NCBI RefSeq assembly: GCF_036365525.1
Contig: NC_090399.1
Coordinates: forward strand, 15,127,558-15,191,557
Source: Heterodontus francisci
Lineage: Eukaryota
Reading direction: 5' to 3'
DNA: 64,000 nt
A model generated the notes under the pieces. It did no database searches and had not been told where the DNA came from. It saw only the letters and a program-made list of their open reading frames with translations. Of this stretch, positions 61,126 through 64,000 are shown piece after piece (positions within the stretch are counted from its first letter, which is position 1; each line of letters opens with the position of its first letter). A program made the position numbers and the translations under genes.

Positions 61126-62112
61126 GTTCCACAGGGTAGTGTCCTAGGCCCAACCATCTTCAGCTGCTTCATCAATGACCTTCCTTCAATCATAAGGTCA
61201 GAAGTGGGGATGTTCGCTGATGATTGCTCAATGTTCAGCACCATTGGCGACTCCTCAGATACTGAAGCAGTCCATGTAGAAATGCAGCAAGACCTGAACA
61301 ATATCCAGGCTTTGGCTGATAAGTGGCAAGTAACATTCGCGCCACAAAAGTGCCAGGCAATGACCACCTCCAACAAGAGAGAATCTAACCATCTCCCCTT
61401 GACATTCAATGGCATTACAATCGCTGAATCCCACACTATCAACATCCTAGGGGCTACCATTGACCAGAAACTGAACTGGAGTAGCCATATAAATACCACG
61501 GCTACAAGAGCAGGTCAGAGGCGAGGAATCCAGAGGTGAGTAACTCACCTCCTGACTCCCCAAAGCCTGTCCACCATCTACAAGGCACAAGTCAGGAGTG
61601 TGATAGAATACTCTCCACTTGCCTGGATGGGTGCAGCTCCAACAACACTCAAGAAGCTCGACACCATCCAGGACAAAGCAGACCGCTTGATTGGCACCCC
61701 ATCTACAAACATTCACTCCCTCCACCATCGACGTACAGTGGCAGCAGTGTGTACCATCTACAAGATGCACTGCAGCAATGCACCAAGGCTCCTTCGACAG
61801 CACCTTCCAAACCTGTGACCTCTACCAACTAGAAGGACAAGGGCAGCAAATACATGGGAACACCACCACCTGCAAGTTTCCCTCCAAGTCACACACCATC
61901 CTGACTTGGAACTATATCGCTGTTCCTTCACTGTCGCTGGGTCAAAATCATGGAACTCCCTTCTTAACAGCACTGTGGGTATACCTACCCCTCATGGACT
62001 TCAGCCGTCCAAGAAGGCAGCTCACCACCACCTTCTCAAGGGTAATTAGGGATGAGCAATAAATGCTGGCCTGGCCAGTGACACCCACATCCCCTGAATG
62101 AATAAAAAAAAA
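61126..62112 (+). mobile_element. CR1-Zenon-like LINE, 5'-truncated
   Basis: VPQGSVLGPTIFSCFINDLP…GMFADDC…; poly(A) tail. Confidence 0.9.
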
Positions 62113-62189
62113 TGTTCCATACATTGCGTTACACTCGGGCGTACGGTGATTTCCCAATCCACGCTTTCATTCCATTAGCGTATACACTC

Positions 62190-62870
62190 AGGTAAGCAGA
62201 TGGAAACAGAACACAATAAAAGGATATTGCTACGATTGAAAGAATACAGAAGAGAGTCACCAGAATGACTGAGGAGCTGGAAGGATTGAATTATGAGGAG
62301 CGCTATGCAAATTGAAAAATCAAAGTTTGAGAGGGAATATGATTGATATTTTTAGAATACGACAGGGGCTGGACAATATAGACCAAGACAGGCTAGCTCA
62401 CCACGTCCACAAGAGTGGAACCAAAGGACATTGTCTGTGGTTGAAGGGGGTCAACTAAAAAAAAAACTCAGTGAACAAGTGGTTAATCTATGCAACAGAC
62501 TCCCGAAGTGATGGTGAAAGCAGTTAAGCAGTTAGAATTGTTCCATGCAAATGGACATTCGATAGCTTTCTTTCACAATGTGACATTTTGGGGTTCAGTA
62601 TTTCAGCAATCGTGGAGATGACGTGTGGTAAATGTAACATACTTGGGAGGAACAATTTGATTTTGCGCCTATGGTTCCCAAATCTCTCCAGCACTTGGTT
62701 TTCCTCGTCTTATTGTCTGGGTCTGTTATAGACGAATGGATAAACATGATTGCTGTGATTCGTCAAAACTTCCATTATCATGCGGCTACCAGGATGGCAG
62801 AAGGCGAACTAGATGGACCTTGGTCTCCATTCGTTTACCAATTCTTATGTCCCTATGTGTTTCAATAGTG
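62190..62870 (+). mobile_element. Old CR1-like 3' fragment
   Basis: KDIATIERIQKRVTRM.EELEGLNYEER…LRGNMID. Confidence 0.6.
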
Positions 62871-63257
62871 ATTGGCTATGGTCCTCTGCTACTCTTTCAA
62901 GTGTCGTTTGGTCATTTTGGAAAGCACGACAATCATAAGCTTCAGCAGTGGCCAAATTAACGTCCGGAAATTCTTCCATTGAGATTAGAACAGGCCGGCT
63001 ATCGAACCTAAGATTCTCCATTCTTTATTGCTTAAAGGTACGCCGGGCGGATGCTAAATGGGCATCAGTAAAGCCTATTGTAAGTTCTTTTTTATTATTC
63101 CAAAATCGCTCTCAAGTCACTAAGAACACTCCATTCCAGTACCGTCATACTGTTGTATAGTACACATTAATAACGTTTCTAAACGGAAACATTATTTTTT
63201 CTCAATAAATTAAGTGCTGCATCCTTGTATCCTTATTCAAGAACAAACCATTCGACT

Positions 63258-64000
63258 AAACAATGAGGGGGAAAGCGTTAGATTACAGGACGATATAGAT
63301 GGGCTGGTAAGATGGGCAGAGAAGTGGCAAATGGAATTTAATCCTGAGAAGTGTGAGGTGATGCATTTTGGGAGGACTAACAAGGCAAGGGAATATACAA
63401 TGGATGGTAGGACCCTAATAAGTACAGAGGATCAGAGGGACCTTGGTGTACTTGTCCATAGATCACTGAAGGCAGCAGCACAGGTAGATAAGGTGGTTAC
63501 GAAGCCATATGGGATACTTGCCTTTATTAGCCGAAGCATAGAATATAAGAGCAGGGAGGTTATGATGGAGCTGTATAATACACTTGTTAGGCCACAGCTG
63601 GAGTACTGTGTACTGTTCACCACACTATAGGAAGGATGTGATTGCACTGGAGAGGGTGCAGAGGAGATTCACCAGGATATTGCCTAGGCTGGAGCATTTC
63701 AGCTATAAAGGGAGACTGGAAAGGCTAGGGTTGTTTTCCTGAGAGCAGAGAAGGCTGAGGGGAGACCTGATTGAGGTATACAAATTATGATACCTCATTG
63801 ATAGTTTAGATAGGAAGAAACTTTTTCCCTTAGCGGGGAGATTAATAACCAGGGGACATAGTTTTAAAGTAAGTGACAGCAGCTTTAGACAGGATTTGAG
63901 GAAAACAACTTTCACCTAGGGGGTGGTTGGAATCTGGAACACACTACCTGAAGGGGTGGTAGATGCAGGAACACTCACAACATTTGAGAAGCATTTTAGT
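63258..64000 (+). mobile_element. CR1 RT C-terminal fragment (runs off window)
   Basis: RLQDDIDGLVRWAEKWQMEFNPEKC…LVRPQLEYC. Confidence 0.9.

Noticed and set aside
60913-61539. 208-aa ORF fusing unique sequence to an RT
   Set aside because: Chance open frame upstream of a 5'-truncated Zenon-like LINE; stop at 61539
1-64000. CRISPR arrays, rRNA, prokaryotic operons or defence systems
   Set aside because: Sequence is eukaryotic repeat-rich DNA; no regularly spaced repeats or rRNA-like segments seen

Overview
Vertebrate, almost certainly shark/elasmobranch, genomic DNA: it carries HE1-type V-SINEs, DeuSINEs, CR1, CR1-Zenon-like, Penelope, L2 and Tx1-like elements. Most of the window is nested, mostly dead retroelements, and nearly all ORFs in the track are TE fragments or noise. 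One apparently intact host gene lies on the minus strand at ~26.6-32.1 kb. It is an NKp30/NCR3-like receptor with a single germline-joined VJ Ig domain, which I assembled by hand: leader, V, TM, three micro-exons and an uncertain last exon. Its TM has no charged residue and the tail has a spliced AMYATI tyrosine motif, so it looks inhibitory. The ORF track misses a divergently oriented, disabled paralogous V exon (40472-40812, +). More speculatively, it is followed by a possible Arg-containing TM exon (42410-42484) and a decayed B7-family-like V domain (~44.5-44.8 kb). Together these may be the remains of a paired-receptor/ligand cluster. Other notable items: a tRNA-headed SINE sharing both its core and its tail with an ORF1-less LINE, Penelope hammerhead ribozymes including a 94-bp mini-insert with a 16-bp TSD, a full-length CR1 with a 9-bp TSD and an apparent 5'UTR intron, two solo LTRs, and a tRNA-Arg-derived pseudogene. 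Repeat boundaries are approximate and everything was read by eye.
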